A program made the translations under genes and the position numbers. Source: a virus. From it: a DNA stretch of 55,920 nt. The stretch is taken from positions 1-55,920 of IMG/VR virus record IMGVR_UViG_3300006143_000014. One strand, written 5' to 3'. Position 1 is the stretch's first letter. The number at the start of each line of letters is the position of its first letter. The notes under the pieces were generated by a model. It saw only the letters and a list, made by a program, of their open reading frames with translations, ran no database searches and had not been told where the DNA came from. This document shows positions 43,399 to 50,470 of the stretch, one piece after another.

Positions 43399-43569
43399 AT
43401 GTCAGATAAGGAATTAGTTACTATAACAATTCAGCATTACGGAGATTTACAGCGTATCAAGCAAGCGAACGGCGACCACGAAAACCCGGCACTTGATTAT
43501 GTGCTGAAATTAACCATTGCACAGCTTTCCTCCCTGGGCGTGAACGTGGAAGATATCACACTGAACTAA
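43399..43569 (+). CDS. Small hypothetical protein, 56 aa
   Basis: ATG lies behind AGGAAGGAGGG. MSDKELVTITIQHYGDLQRIKQANGDHENP.... Confidence 0.5.
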   Translation: MSDKELVTITIQHYGDLQRIKQANGDHENPALDYVLKLTIAQLSSLGVNVEDITLN

Positions 43570-43583
43570 CCAGCCATCAAACG

Positions 43584-43627
43584 AAAGAGTGTAGACCCTA
43601 TTCAGTTTTCAAGGGTCTACACTCTTT
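43584..43627. terminator. Bidirectional terminator (15-bp perfect stem)
   Basis: AAAGAGTGTAGACCC-14 nt-GGGTCTACACTCTTT, then ATTATTTTT. It lies between convergent ORFs. Confidence 0.85.
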
Positions 43628-43628
43628 A

Positions 43629-43811
43629 TTATTTTTCCCGCTCTATGCGCTCCTCCACCGCTTTCAAGATGTAGCCCTGGAGACTTTCACCGGCGGCGCT
43701 GGCAGCTTCCCTGATAGCTTGTCCGCGCTCCTTGATTGGCTGTATCACAATCCGATCACATTTTGCGTTGTATGCGTCGTTGTTGCGTCGCTTTGTCTCT
43801 GATATCGGCAT
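43629..43811 (-). CDS. Arc/RHH-type small DNA-binding protein, 60 aa
   Basis: ...CDRIVIQPIKERGQAIREAASAAGESLQGYILKAVEERIERE. Paralog of 42925..43155. Confidence 0.6.
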   Translation of the reverse strand: MPISETKRRNNDAYNAKCDRIVIQPIKERGQAIREAASAAGESLQGYILKAVEERIEREK

Positions 43812-43919
43812 AGAATCACCCCGCACATATCATACCACAGGCAGACAGACACGGCAACGTGTCAAAATGAACAAAAACACATTGCCGTGTTTGTACAAAT
43901 CGTAGAACCACAAGAAAAG

Positions 43920-43960
43920 CACGTGAACGTGTTGACAGCGACACGTGAACGTGTTAGAAT
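43920..43960 (+). promoter_or_regulatory. Promoter TTGACA-17-TAGAAT overlapped by two direct 14-bp repeats CACGTGAACGTGTT
   Basis: -35 at 43932-43937 and -10 at 43955-43960. The repeats lie at 43920-43933 and 43942-43955. Confidence 0.6.
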
Positions 43961-44015
43961 AAGACCATAGAAACAAACCAAACACAACAGGCCGCAGGCC
44001 GGAAAGGAACATAAA

Positions 44016-44192
44016 ATGAACACCATGAATTTTGTCATCGAGAAGGTTTCCAATATGATCTTCATTTCCTGCAAAGACCACATTTTCAAATCCTGGGAGG
44101 AAAGCGAGTTCACGGAGCGCAAACTGGCCAACGCCAAAAAGAAGATCGCCGCTTGCTACGGCGGCCCGGTGACGTTCTCCAGAACATTTTAA
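44016..44192 (+). CDS. Small hypothetical protein, 58 aa
   Basis: ATG lies behind GGAAAGGAA. MNTMNFVIEKVSNMIFISCKDHIFKSWEESEF.... Confidence 0.5.
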   Translation: MNTMNFVIEKVSNMIFISCKDHIFKSWEESEFTERKLANAKKKIAACYGGPVTFSRTF

Positions 44193-44243
44193 CCCGTCTG
44201 ATGATGGCCCGCTGGTCACGGGCCGAAACCGCCAACCAGGCGG
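44190..44243 (+). other. Post-ORF structured motif, copy 1
   Basis: TAACCCgtCTGAtGATG-[GGCCCG-ctggtca-CGGGCC]-GAAAC-[CCGCC-aacca-GGCGG]. Confidence 0.5.
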
Positions 44244-44306
44244 TCACGGGAGACCAAAGCCCGTACACTATCAACTATAACAGGCCGCAGGCCAGGAGGG
44301 AAAAAT

Positions 44307-44537
44307 ATGTATATCAGTGGAACAGTTGAGGGCTACACCTACAGCGCTAAGGTATTTGACAAGGCCAGCAGCATGGGGATCAACGAAGGTCGTATCTCCA
44401 AGCTTACGATCAAGAAGGACAGCAAAATCATCTGCCACTATGACCGGGGCTGGGATGTGAAGCCCTCCACTGCAGAAGACAAAAAGGCTACGAAAAAGGC
44501 AATAGCTCAGGCAATCCAGGCCGCAATGGCCTCATAA
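44307..44537 (+). CDS. Hypothetical protein, 76 aa
   Basis: AGGAGGGA RBS. MYISGTVEGYTYSAKVFDKASSMGINEGRISKLTIKKD.... Confidence 0.6.
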   Translation: MYISGTVEGYTYSAKVFDKASSMGINEGRISKLTIKKDSKIICHYDRGWDVKPSTAEDKKATKKAIAQAIQAAMAS

Positions 44538-44558
44538 CTCAGTTGGGAGGAAAAGAAA

Positions 44559-44702
44559 ATGACACTTATCGAAAAGAAAGCCCTTGCAAGAGCCACCTAC
44601 AGCGACGCCAAAGCCCGCTATCTTGAGACCATGAGCAATACTGACTGGATCGCATTCTGCGACGCCAAAAGGGCGTGTATGCTCCTTGGTGTGATTATTT
44701 AA
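44559..44702 (+). CDS. Small hypothetical protein, 47 aa
   Basis: ATG lies behind GGGAGGAA. MTLIEKKALARATYSDAKARYLETMSNTDW.... Confidence 0.45.
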   Translation: MTLIEKKALARATYSDAKARYLETMSNTDWIAFCDAKRACMLLGVII

Positions 44703-44751
44703 CCCACCTGACGATGGCTGGATGACCACCAGCCGAAACGCCTCCGGGCGT
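44700..44751 (+). other. Post-ORF structured motif, copy 2
   Basis: TAACCCacCTGAcGATG-[GGCTGG-atgacca-CCAGCC]-GAA-[ACGCC-tccg-GGCGT]. The stems differ from copy 1 by compensatory changes. Confidence 0.5.
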
Positions 44752-45033
44752 CGTGGGAAGTCCACCCCGCAAGGGAAGCGAAAACCGGCAGGAACAGCGC
44801 ATGATAGCGCGGCGGGTAGCCGGAAGCCCACATAAGGCGCAGCCTGGAGAAGTGCCACGGCTCCAGAAGAAAACAGATTAGGCAGGAGGGCCCCGCCAGA
44901 GAGGGCAACAAGGAAAAATAAACGCCCCGGCCAGCCTAAGCCGACCAGGGCAGCCCCCACAGAACCACCACGAACCACAGAGGCAAGGCTATTATACAGC
45001 TTTCTGCCTCCACACGTCAAGGAGGAAATCACA

Positions 45034-46245
45034 ATGGAAAAGACTACTTCTATCAAGTTTTTCTGGAACGGCATCAAGATCAACGGCGAAAATAAGCTGA
45101 TCCGCTGCTTCTACAGCGTTGATAACTCAATCTCTGTTTCTGGCCCATGCGTAACTATCTCTGCCCGCGATTATTCCGGCCACCTGCCTGGCGACCTGTT
45201 CCCCGTCCGCAATGAAACAGACCTGTACACTGATTATTTTGATACCGACCGCGCCACGCTGGAGTCGTCCCACCCGCTTTATAAGTTTGCCCGCGCCGCT
45301 GCTCTAAGAGCGGAAATCCGCGACCTTGAACGTTACCCCGGCTGCTGTGAGATTGACCGCCGCGCCCGCTCCGAGAAGCTGACACGATACCGCGCCGAGC
45401 TGGCTGCACTGCCCGAATCCCAGCCCACCGCCGCCGAAGTGGCCGCCGTCCACGCCCTGAACCTTGCCGCCGAGACGGCCCGCCTGGAGGCGGAGAAGGA
45501 AGCGCAGCAGAAAGAGCGGGAGGAAGTTCTGGCTATGCGCAACGCTGGCCGTGTGTACATTGATGAGATTGCCGCCGCTCACCCCATCCAGGACGGCGCG
45601 CCGGTGGTAACCATCCAGTGGAGCGAACACCCCGCGTTTTACTCCTGGAAAGACGGGGAGCTGAAGCTGTCCGTGGCCGCCGCCGAGATCGTTCTGCGGC
45701 ACTATGACGAGCAGTTGGCCCAGCAGAACGCCGCAGAGGGACGCGGTGGCTATGACAAGACCGGCTTTGTCATTGATTACACCGCCCAAAACGGTGAGCC
45801 GTCTACCTACACGGGCCGCTATGATTTGGGGGACAATGACGGCGGGCTGATTGCTCACATCCGGGCCTTTGCGGAAAGCTACCGTGACAAGAGACTCCCG
45901 TATCATAGCGAGGAGGACGCCGCAGAAATTTTCGCCCTTGCTGACCTCCTGGAGAGCTACACAGCCGCCGGGCGGGTGGTGTCCGTATCCGTGGCCCCGT
46001 GGCTGGAAAAGGCCGTGGAGGCCCGGAGAGAAGCCGAACGGCAGCGGACGCAGAATACCTTGGATATGGTGGATATGCTCACAGATGAGCAGTTAGCCGC
46101 CGCTGTTCTGTGCTCCCCGAAGGAACAGCCCGACGTAGCCCGGTTTTTCCTTCAGGCGCTGTCCCGCAGGGACGAGAAAAAAGCCCTTTCTGTCTTCAAG
46201 GTGTGGCGTTCCGGCGCTGGCCTGGAAGCCTTGGGTGAGATTTGA
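45034..46245 (+). CDS. Large conserved hypothetical protein of conjugative-element type, 403 aa
   Basis: AAGGAGGAA RBS. IKFFWNGIKINGENKLIRCFYSVDN..., a central coiled coil, and IQWSEHPAFYSW.... No family could be assigned with confidence. Confidence 0.75.
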   Translation: MEKTTSIKFFWNGIKINGENKLIRCFYSVDNSISVSGPCVTISARDYSGHLPGDLFPVRNETDLYTDYFDTDRATLESSHPLYKFARAAALRAEIRDLERYPGCCEIDRRARSEKLTRYRAELAALPESQPTAAEVAAVHALNLAAETARLEAEKEAQQKEREEVLAMRNAGRVYIDEIAAAHPIQDGAPVVTIQWSEHPAFYSWKDGELKLSVAAAEIVLRHYDEQLAQQNAAEGRGGYDKTGFVIDYTAQNGEPSTYTGRYDLGDNDGGLIAHIRAFAESYRDKRLPYHSEEDAAEIFALADLLESYTAAGRVVSVSVAPWLEKAVEARREAERQRTQNTLDMVDMLTDEQLAAAVLCSPKEQPDVARFFLQALSRRDEKKALSVFKVWRSGAGLEALGEI

Positions 46246-46290
46246 CTTTCCGCCCGCCCCGGAGGTCACGAGGGCAAAGGAGGCAACAGC

Positions 46291-46479
46291 ATGAAAACGC
46301 CCGACGAAATGTACGACGCCGCTTTTCTTTCGTCTGTAAATCGCTTGAAATCTGCCACAGCCGGATTAGATTTGACACCCGGCGAGCAAAGAACTTTTAA
46401 ATGGCTGACCGACCTGGAAATCTCCACTATAAACAACATCGCCAGTATTATCGAGAAAGCAAAGGAGGCCGCACAATGA
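46291..46479 (+). CDS. Hypothetical protein, 62 aa
   Basis: AAAGGAGG RBS. An ATGA overlap joins it to the FtsK-like gene. Confidence 0.55.
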   Translation: MKTPDEMYDAAFLSSVNRLKSATAGLDLTPGEQRTFKWLTDLEISTINNIASIIEKAKEAAQ

Positions 46480-47240
46480 ACCGTACATGGACAACGCCCG
46501 CAGGGCATCGTTACGCCCTTTACCGCTCACTTTTGGAGCAGCCGCACGTTATGGTTGCCGGCGCCACCGGCAGCGGTAAGAGCGTCGTTATCAACGCCCT
46601 GATATACACCGCCCTGTTCTGCGCCCCTACCGACGGCCCCAACGGGGCGCAGTTTGTCCTTATCGACCCGAAAAGGGTCGAGATGGTGGATTACAAAGGC
46701 CTCCCGCACACGCTCAGATACGCCTCAGAGCCCGCCGAGATGGTTCAGGCTATCCAGTACGCCATGGACCTTACAGAGGCCAGATACCGCACCATGCAGC
46801 GCCAGAGGGTCAAGAAATGGGACGGCGGGCAGGTTTATGTTGTCATCGACGAGTTCGCAGATCTGATGACCACCAACCGAAAGCAGGTCCAGCCCCTGAT
46901 CCAGCGTCTTGCCCAGGTAGGCCGCGCCGCTGGGGTGCATATCATCCTTGCCACTCAGTGCCCATTGGCGAAGGTCATCCCCACGGAAATCAAGGTCAAC
47001 TTTGACGCCCGCATAGCTCTCCGCACCCGTTCCGCCCAGGACAGCCGGAACATTTTGGGCGTTACCGGCTGTGAGCTTCTGCCCCGCTATGGTCGGGGCT
47101 ACTACATGACGCCGGAGGGGACCACGCTCTATAACATCCCCATGATAGAGCAGGAGGAGCTTGACGCCCGGGTAAAGTGGTGGATGGACCAGGCGCGGCC
47201 CAAAGGATTCTTTTCCGGCCTGTTCAGGCGTTCTGCTTAA
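46476..47240 (+). CDS. FtsK/SpoIIIE-family ATPase (DNA translocase-like), 254 aa
   Basis: Walker A VAGATGSGKS, Walker B VYVVIDEFADL, and ILATQ. Confidence 0.85.
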   Translation: MNRTWTTPAGHRYALYRSLLEQPHVMVAGATGSGKSVVINALIYTALFCAPTDGPNGAQFVLIDPKRVEMVDYKGLPHTLRYASEPAEMVQAIQYAMDLTEARYRTMQRQRVKKWDGGQVYVVIDEFADLMTTNRKQVQPLIQRLAQVGRAAGVHIILATQCPLAKVIPTEIKVNFDARIALRTRSAQDSRNILGVTGCELLPRYGRGYYMTPEGTTLYNIPMIEQEELDARVKWWMDQARPKGFFSGLFRRSA

Positions 47241-47246
47241 TGCGAT

Positions 47247-47277
47247 AAAGCCGCTCTGCATAGCGCAGGGCGGCTTT
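47247..47277. terminator. Hairpin between convergent FtsK-like and terS genes
   Basis: AAAGCCGCtCTGC-atagc-GCAGgGCGGCTTT has one mismatch. The T-tract is weak. Confidence 0.5.
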
Positions 47278-47379
47278 CTGTTGCGTTCTGAGCGGGCTTT
47301 ATGTATGAGTGCCTAATTTTATACACCCCGCCCTTCCGAGCCCTCACAGGCCCGTTTCTGCGGCTTCTACGGCTTCAAT

Positions 47380-48024
47380 TTATCCATCCTCCTGCGTCTC
47401 CTCCAATTCCTGCACAACCGTTCCTTCAATCCGCTTTCTGAGTTCTTCCGGGTTTTGCAGCTCGCCCAGCGGGTCTTTCTGCGACACCACCACGTCCTGC
47501 TGATCCTTGTAGCCGAACATATTTTTCAAAAGGAAGATCCCGGACGGCGGGCTGATCTGGCCGCTTTGGAGCTGTTCGTACAAGTCTTCCTCCAAAATGG
47601 CGAACGCCTTTTCTATGATGGGCCGATGGGTGGTCCCCCTCAGCTCGCCGGAATACCAATTATCCAACGTTTGCCGGCTCACCCCGATCCATTTGGCAAG
47701 TCCCGGCTTCTGCGGTTTTATGTCGTTTAAATAGCAGCACGAAAAATATTCTGCGACCCGTTGAGATACCGCTATAGGGTCGGCAACGTTAATTGGCTGA
47801 AGGTCGATTGTCGCAAGCATATATTTTCGGAATTTAGAGCGCTTACTTTGCTTGTCCTCATCGTTTTCGCCTGCGTCTGCGCCGTTTCCATCTACCGCCG
47901 AAATCAGGCCTGGGATATCGCTGGGTTTCGGCTTTTGGCTGTCAATATCGCGCTGTCTGTTTTGGAAATATTCTTCTCGTTTTTTTACCCAGTTTCCCTT
48001 CTTGGAGTGGTTGTTCAGCCCCAT
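47380..48024 (-). CDS. terS: Terminase small subunit (annotated from first canonical start; the true N-terminus is probably upstream)
   Basis: ...HSKKGNWVKKREEY..., LAKWIGVSRQTLDNW, and IFLLKNMFGYKD. An HTH-like segment is encoded in frame in 48025..48132. Confidence 0.7.
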   Translation of the reverse strand: MGLNNHSKKGNWVKKREEYFQNRQRDIDSQKPKPSDIPGLISAVDGNGADAGENDEDKQSKRSKFRKYMLATIDLQPINVADPIAVSQRVAEYFSCCYLNDIKPQKPGLAKWIGVSRQTLDNWYSGELRGTTHRPIIEKAFAILEEDLYEQLQSGQISPPSGIFLLKNMFGYKDQQDVVVSQKDPLGELQNPEELRKRIEGTVVQELEETQEDG

Positions 48025-48132
48025 TGTGGATATTCCATATTTTTCCGCAAGCTCCCGCTGGCCGACGGTGGTCGTTATGTATTCGCGCTCAATTTCCGCC
48101 CATGGAATTTTCGTTCCGCCCGCCTCCCTTCT

Positions 48133-48735
48133 TCAAAAAAGGCTGCACCCGCCGCTTCTTTGATTGCCCCAGCAATCCGGCTGTGGATAGTACACAGGGC
48201 TGGACATAATATATCTTTGTGTTGCTTCGTTTATTGCCTGCATCTGTGCCTGTAAGGAAAAGTTGAAATTTGACATATCCAGTTGCATTTTCAGCGCCGC
48301 AAGCTGCTCCCTTGTGGCTTGAGCGCTTTGGCACATATCGTACCGCGGCATTGGTGCAATCGTTTGACGGATCGGATAAAAAATATTTTGCGGAACAGGC
48401 GCTGATTTTTTGCGGCTGATCCATTCCGCCGTTCCGTCTCCGTTCATCCGCAATCCGTCCAGTCCCCACCAAAGAATAGTACCTTGCTCAACAGGCTTCC
48501 GGCTCTCCAAAATATCAAGGCCGGCCTTTTCCATTCTGGCAAAATATTCAGAGACGACAAACGGCTCTGCGTCCTTGCTTTGCGGTTCGCTGTGTTCAAA
48601 CAAGTTGGAAATCCACTCACATACAGGAGAAAGAATCATCTTAATGGCTGATTCTATTGTACAATCAAGAACAAGGTCATCAAATAGCCACCCTATAAAT
48701 CCTATCATCAGGATTCCAATGACCACGCCCTCCAA
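48133..48735 (-). CDS. Membrane-anchored hypothetical protein, 200 aa
   Basis: N-terminal TM MEGVVIGILMIGFIGWLF. It is a coherent ORF. Confidence 0.6.
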   Translation of the reverse strand: MEGVVIGILMIGFIGWLFDDLVLDCTIESAIKMILSPVCEWISNLFEHSEPQSKDAEPFVVSEYFARMEKAGLDILESRKPVEQGTILWWGLDGLRMNGDGTAEWISRKKSAPVPQNIFYPIRQTIAPMPRYDMCQSAQATREQLAALKMQLDMSNFNFSLQAQMQAINEATQRYIMSSPVYYPQPDCWGNQRSGGCSLF

Positions 48736-48815
48736 ATTCTCTACCTCCTTCGCCTTTCCATACGGCCCAATATATCAACCCCGTAGGGGTTGTATATATG
48801 GACCTACGGAAAGTG

Positions 48816-48917
48816 TCATCGTTTGCTTATAAAATATCCAATAATTACAAGCACTGCACCAATTAAACAACCGCAAAAAAGTGTAAGAGCCCCAACAATA
48901 ATTGCCTCACCGCTCAT
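48816..48917 (-). CDS. Small hydrophobic peptide, 33 aa
   Basis: ATG lies behind GGGAG. MSGEAIIVGALTLFCGCLIGAVLVIIGYFISKR. Confidence 0.35.
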   Translation of the reverse strand: MSGEAIIVGALTLFCGCLIGAVLVIIGYFISKR

Positions 48918-49020
48918 AATTGTCTCCCTAATCGTCATCTCCGCCATCCGTCGTACAGGCTCGAATACGGCCCGCCGTTACAGACTTTGCGGGTTGATAC
49001 GCCCGTGGGCGTGTACTGCC

Positions 49021-49094
49021 TGGTGGCCCATCCGGGAATCGAACCTGGTCCAGCTGGTTATGAGTCAGCCGCTCGACCTTCGAGCTAATGGGCC
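49021..49094 (-). tRNA. tRNA-Met (anticodon CAT), CCA encoded
   Basis: Manual cloverleaf: acceptor GGCCCAT/ATGGGCC, D arm GCTC/GAGC, loop CTCATAA, and T loop TTCGATT. There is one A-C mismatch in each of the anticodon and T stems. Confidence 0.7.
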
Positions 49095-49377
49095 GTTTGA
49101 TGCCGGGAGGCAGGTATGGCCCGCCACGCCCTCGCCGCCGTTCTTATGGCTGCGGTCTTGGTTTCTGCTGCGCACCCGGCATATGCGGCACTATCGCAGG
49201 TCCCGCGCCGTTTTCCTCCCGCTTGTCCCGGCGGTACAATCGGCATTTTGGCTTTAGCGGTAAGTTCCTGTCTGGCACAGCCCCCGGTTCATGCGCCGGG
49301 TGGTTGCATATCTCCCCGCCGTCGTTTTCAGGCGGCGGTGGATGTACAATTTGAAAGCATTTTTGACCCCATGTATG

Positions 49378-49476
49378 TGGAAGCGGTTGGATTCGAACCA
49401 ACGAATGAGGGCGAACCGGCTGCCGAGACAGCCGCCCGGGTGCTCCCCTTGCGCTAAACCTTTTCGCCACGCTTCC
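49378..49476 (-). ncRNA. tRNA-like element, 99 nt, with a long extra arm and no canonical anticodon arm
   Basis: Perfect acceptor GGAAGCG/CGCTTCC, a D arm containing GG, and a perfect T arm GTTGG-TTCGAAT-CCAAC. The interior folds as a 3-bp mini-hairpin plus a roughly 29-nt hairpin. Confidence 0.4.
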
Positions 49477-49693
49477 ATGCGCCCCGCCGCTCCAAATACC
49501 CCACGTAGACACGCAGGGCTTTGGAGTTGCGAGGCTTTGCCAGTCTTGCGGGGCAAGTCATGGCGCCGGCCCCGCTCTATCGCTCTACCATGAGTAAGAG
49601 CGCACCACCCGAAACTGGTCTGTGGTGATTGCCCCGTATGTTGTCTTTGTCCCGCACGAGGCGGCGGGTGCTCCGTGTACTTTGGAGCGTGTA

Positions 49694-49760
49694 AGCCGCC
49701 GACTTGGAATCGAACCAAGTGCATGGCAATGGCCTTGCTCTCCCTCTGAGCTACAGCGGC
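49694..49760 (-). ncRNA. tRNA-like element, 67 nt, with a truncated anticodon region
   Basis: Acceptor GCCGCTG/CGGCGGC, perfect D arm GCTC-AGAGGGA-GAGC, and T arm CTTGG-TTCGATT-CCAAG. Only about 16 nt lie between the D and T arms. Confidence 0.4.
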
Positions 49761-50254
49761 ATATATGCCATTGAACTACTCGACGCTTAGGCGCACATTC
49801 TACCCAGAAACGGCGTATCAAATTTCGTTTCCTTCTTTGTGTTGGCCTACGTCGCCACGCCATTCATCCCGCCTCGTTCTCTGGCAAATATCCAGCGTTC
49901 CTGTTGATTTATCATGGGCCGGAACGCCAGAAATCAGCCCACCCGTCCCCGCTACAACAATACGCCTGTTTTTTACGGGTCGTACCTGCAATCGACACTA
50001 ACGGCAATCACAATTAGCGGGGCGTTTATTCACAGCTGGCAGCGGTGAATTTTTCCTGAAACGCCCAAAGGGTTTCCGGTTTCGCCCTCAGTGCGGGCTA
50101 TCCCGGCATATATCCCACATCCGGGGCGGCGGTAACGGCCCGCCGCCCCTTCCGTTGATGCGTGTGGGAGGAGGCGGTGGAGGGAGGGGTCCTCCACGCT
50201 TCTATGATAGCATATACAACGGCTGATATAAACCCCCGCAATCTTCGAAATTGT

Positions 50255-50470
50255 TTATTTATCTGCCGGTGGCCCCGGCTTTCTCCTGACATATGGCACC
50301 CGATATTTCGTCTCCTTCAAGATTTTTGAAATATACGAGTTGATGTTCTTTGGCGTGGTGCAAAGGACTTCCGCAATCTGTTCCGTCGTAAGGTCTTCCC
50401 AGTCTCCTTCCATGACGCTCCAAGCGAGTGTTCCCTTTTGGTACGGATTCTTCGGTTTTTCTGTGGTCAT
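50255..50470 (-). CDS. Small HTH protein, 71 aa
   Basis: LTTEQIAEVLCTTPKNINSYISKILKE is an HTH. It follows RuvC-like copy 2. Confidence 0.55.
   Translation of the reverse strand: MTTEKPKNPYQKGTLAWSVMEGDWEDLTTEQIAEVLCTTPKNINSYISKILKETKYRVPYVRRKPGPPADK

Noticed and set aside
43830-44219. Minus-strand 129-aa ORF (and 43862..44137).
   Set aside because: It overlaps a consensus plus-strand promoter with operator repeats and the RBS-preceded plus ORF 44016..44192. It has no RBS and an odd Cys/Phe/Leu-rich composition.
44532-45083. Minus-strand 183-aa ORF covering the 331-nt leader.
   Set aside because: It is antisense to the plus-strand operon, has no RBS, and has low-complexity Gly/Ala/Pro/Leu composition. 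The region is better explained as a structured noncoding leader.
48025-48135. An alternative genetic code (TGA as a sense codon) as the explanation for the terS anomaly.
   Set aside because: TGA terminates many well-delimited genes here, with coupled restarts (the xhlA-like, holin and xkdX-like genes, and several ATGA overlaps). A genome-wide reassignment is therefore unlikely. Local recoding or a rare start remains possible.
49095-49690. A tmRNA, group I intron or RNase P-like RNA as an explanation for the long structured noncoding stretches between the tRNA-like elements.
   Set aside because: I could not identify a tag reading frame with a resume codon, the P/Q/R/S intron core elements, or other diagnostic motifs by eye. 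This is left as untested rather than claimed.
48790-49863. ORFs predicted in the tRNA-like block (48790..49257, 49116..49457, 49144..49512, 49254..49724, 49585..49863).
   Set aside because: They are Arg/Pro/Gly/Ala-rich and mutually overlapping on both strands, and they lack RBSs. They also overlap a well-folding tRNA-Met and tRNA-like T and D arms.
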